Positions 62,457 through 64,000 of a stretch of 64,000 nucleotides of DNA are shown piece by piece (positions within the stretch are counted from its first letter, which is position 1; the number at the start of each line of letters is the position of its first letter). A program made the position numbers and the translations under genes. Source of the stretch: Pristiophorus japonicus (Eukaryota); contig NC_091998.1 in NCBI RefSeq assembly GCF_044704955.1, forward strand, positions 58,962,001-59,026,000, read 5' to 3'. Under the pieces are notes generated by a model. The model worked only from the letters and a program-made list of their open reading frames with translations. It made no database searches and had not been told where the DNA came from.

Positions 62457-63429
62457 TAGGGTAGAATGTGGGAGGCCAGCCAGGAGTGGGTTGGAATAAT
62501 CAAGTCCAGAGGTAACAAAGGCATGGATGAGGGTTTCAGCAGAGAATGAGACGCCGTTGCTGGTGATTCTCTGGCTATGATTAAATAGGTAAGAATGGAA
62601 TCAGACGAGTGCAGTCCCACCCAGCTGGACGACGGTGGAGAGGCGTCGGAGCAGGATGGAATGGTCAACTGTGTCAAAGGCTGCAGACAAGTCAACAAGG
62701 ACAAGAAAGGTTAGTTTGCCTTTGTCACAGTCTCGAAGGATGTCATTTGTTACTTTGATGAGAGCCGTTTCGGTACTGTGGCAGGCGTGGAAACCAGATT
62801 GGAGGGATTCAAACATTGAATTCCGGGAAAGATGGGCACGGATTTGGGAGGCGACAACACGTTCAAGGACTTTGGAGAGGAAAGGAAGGTTGGAGATTTG
62901 GCTTTAGTTTGCAAGGACCGAGGGGGTCAAGGGTTGTTTTTTTTACGGAGAGGGGTGATGACGGTGGATTTGAGGGAGAGGGGGACAGTACCTGAGGAGA
63001 GAGAACCATTAACAATGTCAGCTAACATGGGAACGAGAAAGGGAAGTTGGGTGGTCAACAGTTTGGTGAGAATAGGGTCAAGGGAGCAGGAAGTGGGTCT
63101 CATGGACAGGATGAGCTGAAAAAAGCCATGAGGGGAGATCGGAGAGAAACTGGAGAAAAGATGCAAGTTCAGGGGTAGGGCAGGGGGATCCTTAGAGGAA
63201 GATTGACCCGGTGGGCTAGGGGAAGGAAGAGAAGAGGCAAAGGCGGCCGAATGGATGGTGTCAATCTTAGAGACAAAGAAGTCCATGAGCTCCTCACACT
63301 TATTGTCGGAGGTGAGGGTGGAAACTGGGGGAGGGGTTTAAAAGGTTAAAAGTGCAGAATAGAAGTCGGGGTTTATCTTTACATTCCAGAATGATTCTGG
63401 GATAGTGAGCGATTTTGGCAGATATAATT

Positions 63430-64000
63430 TAGAAAATCATAATACAGTCAGAGTCAGCATGGTTTTATGAAAGGTAAATTTTGTATGAGAAATTTGCTAG
63501 AGTTCTTTGAGGATGTAACGAGCAGGGTGGATAAAGGGGAACCAGTAGATGTTGTGCATTTGGATTTCCAGATAAAGTGCCACTTAAAAGGTTACTGCAC
63601 AAGATAAAAGCTCACAGGGTTGGGTTACTATATTAGCATGGATAGAGGATTGGCTAACTAACAGAAAACAGCGAGTCGGCATAAATGGGTCAATTTCAGG
63701 TTGGCAAACTGTAAATGGGGTGCCAGAGGGATCGGTGCTGGGGCCTCAACTATCTATATTAATGACTTGGATGAAGGGACGAAGTGTAACGCAGCCAAAT
63801 TTGCTGATGATACAAAGATCGGTGGGAAAGCATATTGTGTGGAAGATACAAATAATATGCAAAGGGATATAGACAGGCTAAGTGAGTGGGCAAACATTTG
63901 GCAGATGGAGTATAATGTGAGGTTATCCACTTTGGCAGAAAAAATAGAAAAGCAAGTTATAATTTAACTGGAGAAAAATTGCAAAGTGCTGCAGTACAGA
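63430..64000 (+). mobile_element. Degenerate CR1 RT fragment running off the window
   Basis: agtcagcatggttttatgaaagg (SQHGFMKG) and ORF IYINDLDEG...KFADDTKIGG...WQMEYNV. Confidence 0.85.

Larger units (their letters stand above)
57997..63420 (-). mobile_element. L2-clade LINE (longer paralog of 7759-9002), interrupted by CR1 and by the EBP chimera
   Basis: Segments 57997-58148, 61118-61503 and 62457-~63420. ORFs SLQSGFHACHSTETALIKVTND...DLSAAFDTVDH, SCSLDPI and IQNSAARVL...LYWLPVKQHLDFKIL; internal deletion near 62545. Confidence 0.85.

Overview
Eukaryotic genomic DNA from a vertebrate, most likely a cartilaginous fish. This is inferred from the CR1/HER1-like, L2, RTE and Deu-domain SINE repeats and from a 6-exon, ~300-aa IL-1 gene. 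About 56 kb of the window is a head-to-tail tandem array of ~17-18.2 kb units (exon-6 offsets 18156, 18203, 16973), each carrying an interleukin-1 beta-like gene on the + strand. Copy 1 is partial (the window starts in intron 4). Copies 2-4 are complete, with GT-AG introns, a 912-nt ORF (303 aa), a TATA/kappaB/ETS/C-EBP-like promoter and an AU-rich 3'UTR. Intergenic DNA is nested retroelements: an RTE LINE with a 10-bp TSD, L2, CR1, SINEs and minisatellites. Copy 4 has nearly identical exons but clearly diverged flanks. Beyond it, an L2 element is interrupted by a 3-kb CR1 and by a chimeric insert, a processed EBP pseudogene fused to an RTE-derived tail inside one TSD. All family assignments come from reading the sequence and from recall; no database searches were run.
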